From positions 32,676,001-32,740,000 of the forward strand of contig CM052818.1 in assembly GCA_028534125.1 (NCBI GenBank): 64,000 bases of DNA. Direction: 5' to 3'. This DNA comes from Lama glama. Its lineage: Eukaryota. A program made the translations under genes and the position numbers. The stretch's first letter is position 1. Every line of letters begins with the position of its first letter. The notes under the pieces were generated by a model that had not been told where the DNA came from, did no database searches, and saw only the letters and a program-made list of their open reading frames with translations. Below are positions 39,228 to 50,850 of the stretch, piece by piece.

Positions 39228-39770
39228 ATGCCAGTTTCATTACTGTCTCGCAGCACTAACCCCACCTCTGCTCTGCGATGCTGGGGCTGGGACTCTGCGA
39301 ACCCCATTTCTGCTCTGCTAGCTGGATCGTTAGTAGGCTCCACCAATAAGGGTGCCAGAGGGAGACAAGGCAGGAGGAGGAACAAGGGACTGGTTTCTTC
39401 CTATCTCCCAGTTTGCATCACCCCAATGTTTCTCCACTCCAGCAGCAGCAATCCTTTTGGCAACAGATGAACTCAATATGCAGTTTTCCCAACGGATGGA
39501 GAACCAGTCTCATCACCTCCCTTCAGAGACACCAGCAGTCAGGTAGGGCCCCTCCTCAGAGGTCTGGATTCTCAAGTCCACAGTGCCATTCCCCTTCAAG
39601 ACACAGCAACACCTGCTCCTCAAAATTTCAGCGATAATCCCACCGCCTCCCTGGTCCCCTCACCCTGGAGGCGGTGCACTCCTTCCTGCAGCTGTGATCC
39701 TCAGAATTCTTTCCACCCTTTCTTATTTAAGCCTAGTCAACAGTTCTCCCTATTCTTCACACTCTGACCT
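39228..39770. mobile_element. Solo LTR, LTR33-like (ERVL)
   Basis: ctctgctctgcgatgctggggctgggactctgc...taggctccaccaataagggtgccagagggagac resembles recalled LTR33. Confidence 0.65.
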
Positions 39771-39932
39771 ATAATAATGACTATGTTACTCATCATAACT
39801 ATTATCAAATATTACTGTTGAAAAATTTAAAAGTTAAGGGGCAGAAAAATGCCCCCATACTGCAGATCCTATTGCATATCCTAAACTGTTTTTTAAATAA
39901 ATCTTTAATCATCACTTTCTTTTATACAAAAT

Positions 39933-39933
<1 letters not shown>

Positions 39934-39967
<34 letters not shown>
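39934..39967 (+). repeat. (CA)12(TA)5 microsatellite at the exon 2 donor
   Basis: Directly visible. Confidence 0.95.
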
Positions 39968-39972
39968 CTTAC

Positions 39973-40110
39973 TATCAATTTACTGTGTAGTTCTGCTTTT
40001 ACTGTACTGTATAATAAAATACTACCAACTGCTGTACCAAGAGCCAACAAGTCAACCTGGTTACTCGTTCCAATAGCTTCTGATTTCCTTTTTTTCCTCT
40101 GCGGACCTTC
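39973..40110 (-). CDS. WDR43: WDR43 exon 2 ([11 protein letters not shown]...LHSKLI)
   Basis: ccag|GAA ... ATA|gtaagt; 138 nt; basic NLS-like RKKRK. Confidence 0.96.
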
Positions 40111-43100
40111 CTGGAAAAAGAAAGAAAAAACAACTTCTTATTGTATTATTTCAAACACTGAAACATCATTAATGCATAAATGCAAATGCCCAACAGCTCA
40201 CCAATTAATGTGACTGCTATTAAGAGACACTTAAAAAAGTGGACGTGGGATTTGCTCTCAGATAAGCTCTTTCTTACTACTTAGAAAATAAACTCACTCC
40301 AATGGGAAGAAGAACTCATAATATTCTGTGCCCCTCTCTCCCATCTTTACCTCTCAGAAAAGATGGCAAGAGGTATAACTTAGTATGCTCTGTTAGTATT
40401 CTCTTAACAAGTCCAAACAGCCTCACTGCTGCTTCGACTTCTCAGAAACCAACCATTCCCAAAAGGTCCAAGTGAAGCCTCCATTGCCACCTGCTCAAGC
40501 AGCCAATGCTTTCCCCTCTCACCTCCCAAATCTTTCCTTGCATTCTGGCTTCATTTTTAGGAAAAGGGACTCAAATGTTTATACACTTATAAACATGTAT
40601 TTACTTCAATTTGAGTCAAAAAAAAAAAAGCTGCAATCAGTAGAGCAGTGTGAAGCACACACTAGAGAAGTTGCTCCAGTGAGTGTTTAAGGGCCAGTCT
40701 GAAAGTTCCATGTTCTCTTGATGATTCCAATGACTTAACAGGCACATATTTGAATTTAGCATCAAACGGCGAAGACTTCTTTGATTTACTTCAAAAAATG
40801 ATACTAACAACTCTTGTCTATCAAAAAGAAACCAATGCTCACAACTTCAGAGTACATTAAAGTTTATAATGAATAATAATCCATAATGTCAGAACTTCTC
40901 TTGCATGTTTATAATTTTTTTCTAAATGAAAGCCTGCTAGCCTATGTTTTAGCATAAAGATGCCCTTAGAAATCAATTCTTCTAGTGTAAAAGAGACCAA
41001 TACCATAGAAAAGAGAACATTTTCTCAATAGTGCAAGATCTTTGCTCTACAGCACAAAAAAGCAGCCCCAGGATACATAAAAATTTGCCCAACTCAAAAA
41101 ACCACCAATGAAAACTACAATGTTACGAGTGCATAAAGAATATCAAGGAGTAGGACTTATAAGGCATTTTCTACCTTTTTTCTCTTGGTTATCCTGTGGA
41201 GACGTGACATTTGAAGAATTTGATTCACTGAACACACTTAAGTCAACAAAAAGTTAAAATATACAACAACAAAAAAGTTTAAATACAGAAAAAATGCACA
41301 TTTTGCAAGTCCTGAGAAATGTATCTACGTTGATAAACCCAAAAGAAAAGTTACAATTAAGAGCCAAAGTTATTTAAAAAAAAAAAAGTCTGATGGCCTC
41401 ATCAGTAACATTTAATTTGCCTGAAACATTGAAACTTAGTCAAGGAGTGTCCTAGGTCCTACCTTCAGCTAAATAAATTTCTAAAGCCACCTTTGAATGA
41501 TTCTGGAGAGCAAATGTGCTTTGTGCATAAGGTTATGAACACAAACATTTATGCAAGGACAGTAGGGGAAGGTATACCAATCTCCTACCACCCCATCAGA
41601 AAACCCTTCTCTGACAGAGTCTAGAAAGTATTTCTTCTACTCTTAGTTTTCCCAAATCAAATTAAAATTACCTACACTGAGGTTTCTAATGTTTGAAGCA
41701 TAGGCTGGTCCAAATATGTGTATGTTTTTCTGTAGACTTGAGTTTTCATTAAAAAGCACAAAGAAAGTTTGTAAGTTAAAATGAACATACTCAAAGCCCC
41801 AATTTCTCTATTAGCAAAATCTGTATTTTGGGGAGAAGCAAGCAGAGGCTATTGGGAGGAGCATCACAGAATCTATGTTCAATTTTGGAGATCACTGGTC
41901 TGAACCTAAAAAATAATCTAATTAATTAATCTCAAAGAACTAATGACTCATGTATGTGTTCTCCAAGTTGGATGATTTTTTAAAAAATAATTTCCCATTC
42001 AGCAGGACGTGCATGTCCAAACACATCAACCAGATAAGAAGTTTATATAACCAATGTGCATTTTAGTGAAATCTAATATTGTAACTACTACTCCATTACT
42101 AAATATTTCTGAAACCAAGAGTTAAGTGCTGATGATTATAGATTATCACAGGTCTTTGTTGGCATTTTCTATCTGAACCTGTTATTCCTGTGATGAAAAA
42201 TTTCAATGACTCCCCAGGGAAGAGTAAATCAATATAAACAACTGTTCGGCATTCAAAAGCATCCACAATTTGCCTCCAACCCACCTTTTCCAATCTTATT
42301 TCCAGTTCCATCCTTACACTTCCTAATCACGAATACGCTTTCCCATTTGCTTTTCCCTTCTTTTGGAGGGGCCTTTTCCTACTCACCTCAAATTTCATTT
42401 GGTTAAAAATCTATTCATGCTTCAAGGTCCACCTCAAACATGATTTCTCCACAAAAATCTTTCTTATCTTAAAACACAAGTCATATTATGCTTTGTATTT
42501 TGGACACAGTATAACTGAATTGTCTTTATTTCTTCTTTAATGTCTTAGTTATACTGCTTTGTGTCATGTTATGTGCACATTAATTACACATGTAAATATA
42601 TGAAGTAATGGAAAGGGTAGGCTAAAAATTTAGTTCATATACCTGTGACCAGAAAATCTTGAGTTCCTGAAGGTACCAAGAATGAATACCAAAAGGTTGT
42701 TATTTTTTAGACTAGAGAGTCTTTTCTAATGTGAAGAGATGATTGAGCTAAGCAATAAATGCCAACACCAGTCTCAAGAAAGCAGTATTTGATCTAGGAG
42801 GCAATCAGAAGGCTGAGTGAGAGTCTGAATGTGCATGATTTATAAGAGCAATGCACAGTACAGATAAGAGTAAAGACAGAGAGAAGCATATCCAGGTGAT
42901 GAGAAGTCTGATTTTGATCAATTAAGAAATGACTTTTTAGACTGAGATCCCAAAGTAAGAAAAGAGTTTACATGGAGAGCCAATACACACACGCATAAAA
43001 ACACATGTATATATGTAGCTGAAACAAACTCATAAAAAACCCCATCCTTTACCATGCAAAATACACTCTAATATGGTCTATTTTTTCATGCTGTCACAAC

Positions 43101-46100
43101 CCACTAAATCTATTTCACAATCCACTAATGGTTCAAAACCTATTTTTGAAAAATACTGACCTCTAGTTGCTGAAAATTATGGCAAAGTTTCAAATTTCAT
43201 TCTGCAATTAGTCTTCTATGCCATTTCCTGGACTATCTTATTGTCACTTACTCTGGCAAATGTTTAAGTTTCATGGGTGATAGTAAAGAAAATGTGTGCA
43301 TTTTTACATGTAATTACATACAGTATTTACATCAAAAACATCTTCTAATACACAGCTACTTCTATTTCTGCCAGTAAAATCTGATCTGCAAATCTTCCCC
43401 TCTTTTGAAGTTTAAACATGGGAGAGACCTTAACACAGAGCACTGTACAGGAACACAACTGGATTGTGCTACGTCTCTAAGGGTTAGGACTGGGGATACT
43501 CAGCTCAGATTTTTCCTACAAACATCCTTAATGCTGCTGTGCTTGCCCTGTCCAATGCCTGAAGTGCCATGTGCTTCATTCAACAGGTACTGAGCTGTAC
43601 AGGGTCATTTTAACTGCAGTGACAACAAAGCAACATAAGTGCATTTACTATAGTAGCCAATCTGTTTCTTCCAGGCTCTACGGCAGTTAGAAAAGGAAAA
43701 ATGCAGAAGTTCGTGTCTTAAAGGAGGAATTAAATAGCACAGTCAGTTCCTGGGTGGCCCAGCCACTTACTGTGTGGCTCTGGCATATCATGTAACATCC
43801 CAGCCTCAGTTTACACACATAAACCTGAGGAGCTCTAAGAACAGCATCCATCCATAGTCCATCAATCTGTCTCTCTGCACTTTTCTTTCCATCATTAGAG
43901 GTCCTCTTCCCCCAGGCTCTATCACCCAAATGGAATGTTTAGTTATATAATAAACACAAAAATTTCCTAAAAACTACTGTGACACAAATGCAAAGAATTA
44001 TAATCATTCTGTGACCAAGAACAAGCAGCGATCTAATTTTTCTAAACATTTATGAACCATTGCTGTACTTCCTGTTACCCAAGAAATCCAGCACCAACTC
44101 ATTTTCCTCCATTGATAAGAGTAATGTCACCAAACTTTGTCCTTGGGTGGCCAACTGTCAATTATTGAACCAGATACAGAATATTCCTACAAACTGATTT
44201 ACATGTAAAACAAAAAGGTTGAAGAGAGCATCTTAAAACTTAAGTGGCAAGGATCCTAACCCAGGGACCTGGGAGCAGAAGTAGAAAATGAAGAGTGATT
44301 TGCAGCAGTGGCTATCTTTAAAAAATCACATGACTTTAAAGTTTTACACAATAATACACATGAAAGTTTGTTTTAATACAGGAAAACTACTTCTCCCTCT
44401 AATTTTCAAGTGAAATTGATGTTCTAAGGATACACCCCCAAGATGATGAGCACTGGATGTTTCTACATTCCTCCCAGCTCTCAATTCTGTCACTCAAGAT
44501 TTAAGGTTACAGTAAGAGCACTGGACCAGGAGTCAAAGTACCTCGACTCTAGTAGCCACAACTACTTTACTGGTTATTAAGGCTTTAGTAAGGCCATTTA
44601 AACTTTCTTAGTTCTGATTCTCAGTTAATAAAAATGTAACAATTCCAGGACATTTCTTAAGAGTCAAGTGGCTAAAGTGAGAGCATACAAATAAAAGAAT
44701 ACTGAAACCTGTAAGAACTTTTCTTTTACTGTAGCTCAACTCTTATTTTCCAAGGAGGCCTCCAAAGTAGTGACTTACTCAATGTGACAAAACAAGTTTG
44801 AGTTGTGTCCTGGGTATGAAACCAAATCCAGATATTTTTCTATTGTATCAGAGTGTTACATATAATCCAAAACCTACTTTTAACAGAAAATTTAAGACAA
44901 GGTAAAAGTTTTATTCCTTAGGCATACAATACGATTGCATAAGTCAGAAGAAAACTAAGTTGGTGACAAATGTTTGCCAGCCTAATATGAGCAATTTGTT
45001 ACAGATAATGGAGAGCTGAGCTCTAAATATCTGTGTTCTAGTCCTGGTTCCATTTGTGGTTTTTTCCAAGTTGCCTAATTTTCCAGGGCCTCAGTTTCTG
45101 CTTCCTGAACAAAGCAAAAGTTAGTCTTTATCTACTTTGCAGGAGTAATCACACAAATAAGAGATAATTAACAATTATAGCACATACACACCAAGAACTA
45201 TTCTAAATGCTTTATGCATCATAAAATACGTAAACCTTCACAACCACTCTATGAGGTACTATTACTTCCATCTTACAAATGAGGAACTGAAGGCACAATT
45301 ACTACAAAGAAGCCAATTCTGGATTCAAAGCTAGAGAGTATAGCCTGGGTCCATGCATGTAACCATTGCTCCCCATTTCCTCTCACCATTAGATTTATTA
45401 TCACTTTTCAATCTGTTAAAATACAAACAGAAATTTGAAAAGGAGAAATATGCAGAGTGCTGTAATTTTAATGACAACTGTGATTTGTTTTTAAGTCCAA
45501 GTTTTGTTCTTGACTTAAGGGCCCTGATAAGGTTTCTTTAAAAATCAGCAGGAGTCACTTCATCTAGAAACTATGAAAATCTAGCTTAAGAGCTGAAAAA
45601 TACCTGAACATACTCATCCAAAGTATAACAAGTTAGATGTATCCCTACTTTCAACCTAAGAATTTAGCATAAAGTTTCCGATTTAAGATCTGTACTATGA
45701 ACTATTTAAGATTTACACATAATATCAGCTAAACACCACACAACTCACAATACCTGATGCTTCCAAATCACACTGCACTGATTCGGGGGGGAGGGGGGCT
45801 ACCCTACAAGCGCCAGTTTCCACGTGGGTGTGAGTGAGTTAGTCGAGTGCCTCAAAAGTGAATGGCATCTTACCTGAGATGGGTCCCCCTAAGAGTGAAA
45901 AGCCTTCCCTAACTCAGCAGTGCCCCGTCTAAGAAAAACTTCACCTGGACTCATATTCATTAAGTTAAACTACTACTTCACTTTACCTCCACATCCTAGC
46001 GCAGACTTCAGACTTGGGGAAAGCGGGTGTATAAAGGGAGAGACGAACAGGCGTTAAAAATTTAAAAGCAAGAAAATTCGCACGGCTTAGAATGGAAACG

Positions 46101-46379
46101 GGCCTGGAAACGTCAGGAGTTTCAAGAGTCCCACATCCTGGACGTGGAAGAGAACACGTGGTGAGCCAGCACCCAAGGGTGGGGGGGTTTGGGGGTGGGG
46201 GCCGGAAGCAAGGAAACAGATTTCTTCATTCTAACTACCCAGGGCAAAGCCAATGAGCTGGGAAAGGGTCAAAGAAGAGCAGTACAGCCCCAAAGTCCAC
46301 CTCTGTCAAATTCCATAGCTCTGAAGAACGCAAGCAGGAGAGAGCCAGGCCTGGCAGCAAGGAGGGCCCGGGGCCTCGG

Positions 46380-47070
46380 TGAATATGGCGGCCCAGGAGA
46401 CGGCGGGGCGCAGGACACAGACCGCATGGAGCCCGCCGGTAGAGCTAAGGTCCGCTGCCCGTCGGATCTGGCCGCGCCCTCTCGTTGCCCTCGGGACAGG
46501 CCGCGCACGGAGCTAGCGGCTTGGGCCCAGCCAGCGCCGCCACCGTGCTCGTTGCCTCCTCACCCCCGGCCTCCCGCCGAGAGCCACGCGTGATGCCGGG
46601 CTGTGGGGGGCGCTGAGGCCGAGCCCAGGCAGGCGCCCGCCCCGCGCCGTCCCGCTCGCTTTACCTTGGCCTGCAGCCGCGCTGGCGCCCAGGCCAGACA
46701 AGTGCAGGTACCGCTGAGGTGCGCGGAAGGCACGTACTCCTGGTGCAACCGGTTGTTGGCTGTCTCCCATACTCGCAGGTGACCGTCGGTAGACGCCAAA
46801 GCGAAAAAGGCCTGACTTTGTGGGGAGAAAGCGCAGGGGACCCCAGCGGGGGAAAGGGGGTCCACAACACCACCGCCGCCCGCCGCCATTGCTGCTCTGG
46901 CTCCGCGGCAGCCACGTGTTCGACCGTGCGCAGGCGCACCGGCGCGGGGCGGAGCCTGGAGGAAGGAAGTGGGGCGGAGGGAGCAGATGGAGTGGCTCTT
47001 CTCAACGCACGCGAGCGTTAGATGGGCCTACCTTGTGGACGGTGGCCCGGTGGGCCCAGTGCTAACTCGT
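46380..47070 (-). promoter_or_regulatory. WDR43: WDR43 CpG-island promoter
   Basis: GC/CpG-rich; E-box CACGTG 46913-46918, NRF1-like TGCGCAGGCGCA 46927-46938, GC boxes GGGGCGG at 46946 and 46971, ETS-like GGAAGT 46965-46970. Confidence 0.85.
46665..46889 (-). CDS. WDR43: WDR43 exon 1 (start codon; MAAGGGG...ARLQAK)
   Basis: ATG at 46889 in a CpG island; translation matches recalled WDR43 N-terminus ([43 protein letters not shown]); donor AAG|gtaaag; 225 nt. Confidence 0.97.
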
Positions 47071-47529
47071 ACTGGGGACAGCTGGAGGCCCCTTACTGAG
47101 GACTCCTGAGTAGGGCCCATTCCTTTTAAAAAAATAAGAAAGTTTAAACCAAATGTTTAAAAGAAATATTCACTTACATTTCCGTGATTGTGACAACTGT
47201 TTATATTTTTCCCTATCCTCTTCGAGGCTGTAATCGTGTACACGTTAAGAACAATTTATTCAATCATAATAGTGTTAAAGCAATGGTGGGAGGGGCTATT
47301 CCCTCTTCTTTGGTCAAGACTATCTCATGTTACCGCACCAAATAGACAAATTTTTAACGTCTCCATAATATTTCACCAAATCGATACATTCTGATTCAAG
47401 AAATGCCAGGTACTGTTCAGTCCGCACAGAGTTTATTGACTAGAAGGAAAGACAAAAAACACTACCCTCAGGGCTATGGGGAGACTGAATCTTTCATAAG
47501 TAGAGCGAGTTATGGTAAAATTTGTAGGT

Positions 47530-48420
47530 TATTTGGAATGACGTAAACTGATACACATTTTTAAAAGGCCTCCTGGGTGCCGGATGTAGACTGTAGAAGG
47601 GCAAGAATGAAAGCAGAGAGACAAGCTAGGAGGATGGTGGGTTGCACTCGATGAACATGACAGAGGTGGTAAGAAGTGGTTCGATTCCAGATAAAATCTG
47701 AATTTAGAGCAAGTAGGACTTGCTAACTGGATTGACTGGGAAGGATGAGAAAGAAGCATAAGTCATTAAGTTAATGGTGATACTATTCACTGGATTGGGA
47801 AAATGGGTTTGGGTGGAGTGGAAATCAAGACTTCTGTTTTTTATAGTTAAGTCTGAAATGCCCATTAGACATCCAAATAGAGTTGTTCAGTAGGAAGTCG
47901 CATATGTGAGTAGATCACAGATATAAATTTTGGATGCATTTGCATACAGATGCTATTTGAAACTGTGGGACTGGTCAGATCATGTTCAGTGTAAGTATAA
48001 ATAGAGAAAAAAAACTTAGCCCAAACTGTGCCAACTTGTCAGGAATCCGAAGAGGATCCAGCAAAGGAGATTAAGAAGAGATAACAGTAATAAAAGCCAA
48101 GGAGAATAAGATGTCCTGGAAACCAAACATTTTATAAAGATTTCAGAAGGAACACATAATCAAAGCCATGTCAAATGCAGTAAGGTGAAGACTAAGGATT
48201 AATCAGTGAACCTGGCAAGATCTAGGTCATTGGTGACTTTTCAAAAGCATTTTTAATAGAGAAGTAGGGGAAAAAACTTATTGCAGAAAGTAGAGGGGAA
48301 AATGGGAGGTGAGAAAGGGCAGAAAAGTATAGGCAACTATTGCAAGGTTTTTTGTTATAAAAAGCATACATGAGTCTGTATGAAGAAAGGTCTGAGCTAG
48401 AGTTGTAAATTTGTTAGTCA
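47530..48420 (-). mobile_element. L2 fragment
   Basis: ttaagtctgaaatgcccattagacatccaaatagag, ggtcattggtgacttt, typical antisense L2. Confidence 0.75.
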
Positions 48421-49149
48421 TAAGTATATAAATAAAAACTTATTTTGCACTTACTATATATCAAGCACTGTTTTAGGTGCTTTATGTGTATTAATTCATT
48501 TAGTCCTCACAATAGCCCTAGGATGTAGAAACTATCAATATCTCCATTTTTCAGATAAGAAAACTGACATATTGAGCTGGGCAATAGGAGGAGGAGCTGG
48601 GTTTCTAACCCAAGTCATCTGTAAGCATGGACGACCTGACCCAATGAGAGTATGTAGGGTTTACACAGATGACCCTCCTATACCCACATGTCTCAATTCC
48701 TTGGCCACCCCCCTTTCAATGATCTCTATGCTACACCAGCCACTCACTCCCATAGTCATGTCCCAGACCTTGTCATACAATAACTGCACCTTTTCCATAA
48801 TCTCAGTTTCCACATACCACTCTGTAACCACCAACTCCTATCTTTCTAGATCATTCCCTCTACCTCCCAGGGTCTAACCAGTGCTTCTATCTCACTGGAC
48901 CCTCAGTCCAATGATCCTACAATCTTTTCACCAGTCCTTATCCTTCCTAAGGGCAGCATCTCCCTCTGAATTTATCCTGTACTCTATCCTTACAACTCTC
49001 AACTCCCTTGCCTCTTTCCTATATCATAGTCCTTCCTTGGTAAAAGCACAAGCCTGGTAAAATCTAACTCTCCACCCACAAGCAGATGAAAGTGACTAGA
49101 GAAAAGCCACAGCCATTTTATTACGATTCTTATCCACTTTCCTATTCAT

Positions 49150-49211
49150 GATTTAAAAAAAACTTTTAACTAGGCATAGAAAGGAACATCCTCAGCTTGA
49201 TAAAGGGACTC

Positions 49212-49256
<45 letters not shown>

Positions 49257-49975
49257 CACAACTCACTTCATACTTAATAGTGAAAGACTGAATGCTTTTC
49301 TCCTAAGATTGAGAACAAATCAATATTATCCAATCTAACCAATTCTATTCAGTATTTTACTGGAAGTTTTAGGTAGTGCAACAAAGATGATGATGATGAT
49401 GATGATAATAATAATAACAATAATAATAAGAATAAGAATAATAATAGCATGCAACTTGGAGAGGAAGGAGTAAAAGTATCTTTATTCACAGAAGACAGAT
49501 AAAATCTAAAGGGAGTCACAAAAGTTCTGAAACAAATAAATGAATGTAGCAAGGTCAAGTAGTGAATGGATAAACAAAATATGGTATATCCCAAAATGGA
49601 ATATTATTTAGCAATAAAAAGGAAGTACTATTGTTATATGTTACAACTTGGATGAGTCTCAAAAACATGCTAAATAAAAGAAGCCAGATGCAAAAAACTA
49701 CATATTGTGTGATTCCATTTATATGAAATATCCAGTAAAGGATATTTATAGAGACAGAAAATAGATCAGTGGTTACCTGGGGTTCAGAGGAGGAACAGAG
49801 ATTAACTGCAAGTGGGCATGAGGAAAAATTTTAGGGTGACAGAAATATTCTAAAGTTGGATCATAGTAATGGTTTCACAACTCTGTAAATACACTAAAAG
49901 TCATTGAACTGTTCACCCACAATGGATGACTTTCATGGTATGAAAATTATACCTCAATGAAGCTTAAAAAAAAAG
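49150..49975 (+). mobile_element. L1 fragments containing (CA)n 49213-49252 and (GAT)n(AAT)n 49386-49446
   Basis: gtgaaagactgaatgcttttctcctaagat; atggataaacaaaatatggtatatc...attatacctcaatgaagctt. Confidence 0.8.
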
Positions 49976-50099
49976 CCTTTCCTAAGCTCTTTTTTTAATA
50001 GTAGGGTACTACTAATAAATACAAAAAATTATAGTTAGAAAACTGTCAATGAATGCAAAACTAGTATCGATACATTTTTCCATCACTAATTAAAAAGCT

Positions 50100-50850
50100 T
50101 AAAATGGTAACTTTACTGTGGAGATACAGGAATATTCAGACTTAACAGTGATCAAAGTTAACATCATCAATATTGGAACTGACATCATGTAACTCCTGAT
50201 AGGATGTACTCAGAAGGAAAACCTCAGTTCAGTAGTATTTCTGCCGAAAGTGCATATTCCAAGTCTAATCAAGAGGAAACATCAGACAAAGCCAAAGTGA
50301 GGGGAATTCTATAAATAAATAACCTACATTCTTCAAAAATGTCAAGGTCAAGAAATAAAGGCTGAGAAGCTGTTCGTTCCAGATTAAAGAAGGCTAAAGA
50401 GATATGAGAATTTAATGACTGTGTGATCCTGGATTGGATCCTGAACTGGAAAAAGACTTATACTTATAAAGCTTTTGTCACTTATTGAGCTAAGTGACAA
50501 AATTTGAATGTGGTCTATAGATTTGATAACAGTACTATGGCAGTATGAAATGTCCGTAATGTGATGATCTGTACTGTAGTTAGGTAGAAGATTGTTCTTG
50601 TTCTCAGGAAATACTCACTGAAGTACTTAGGGGTAAAGGGACACAGCGTCTCCAACCCACTTTCAACTGGTGTAGAAAAAAATGTGTGTGTCCGTGCATG
50701 TGTGTTTGTGTGTGTGTTGTGTACATGGAGGAGAGAGAGTACGGGGAGAGAATGAAAAAGCAAATGGATTAACATGTAAACAGTTAGTGAATCTGGATAA
50801 CAGGTATAGGAGACACTTCTGCAACTTTTGAAATTCTATCAACAAAGAAT
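50100..50850 (+). mobile_element. L1MC-like 3' end
   Basis: gtgatcaaagttaacatcatca, tgtgatcctggattggatcctgaac, ttgttcttgttctcaggaaatac. Confidence 0.65.

Noticed and set aside
46189..47065. Several overlapping 80-134 aa ORFs
   Set aside because: Stop-codon scarcity in a GC-rich CpG island; only 46665-46889 has homology and a splice donor
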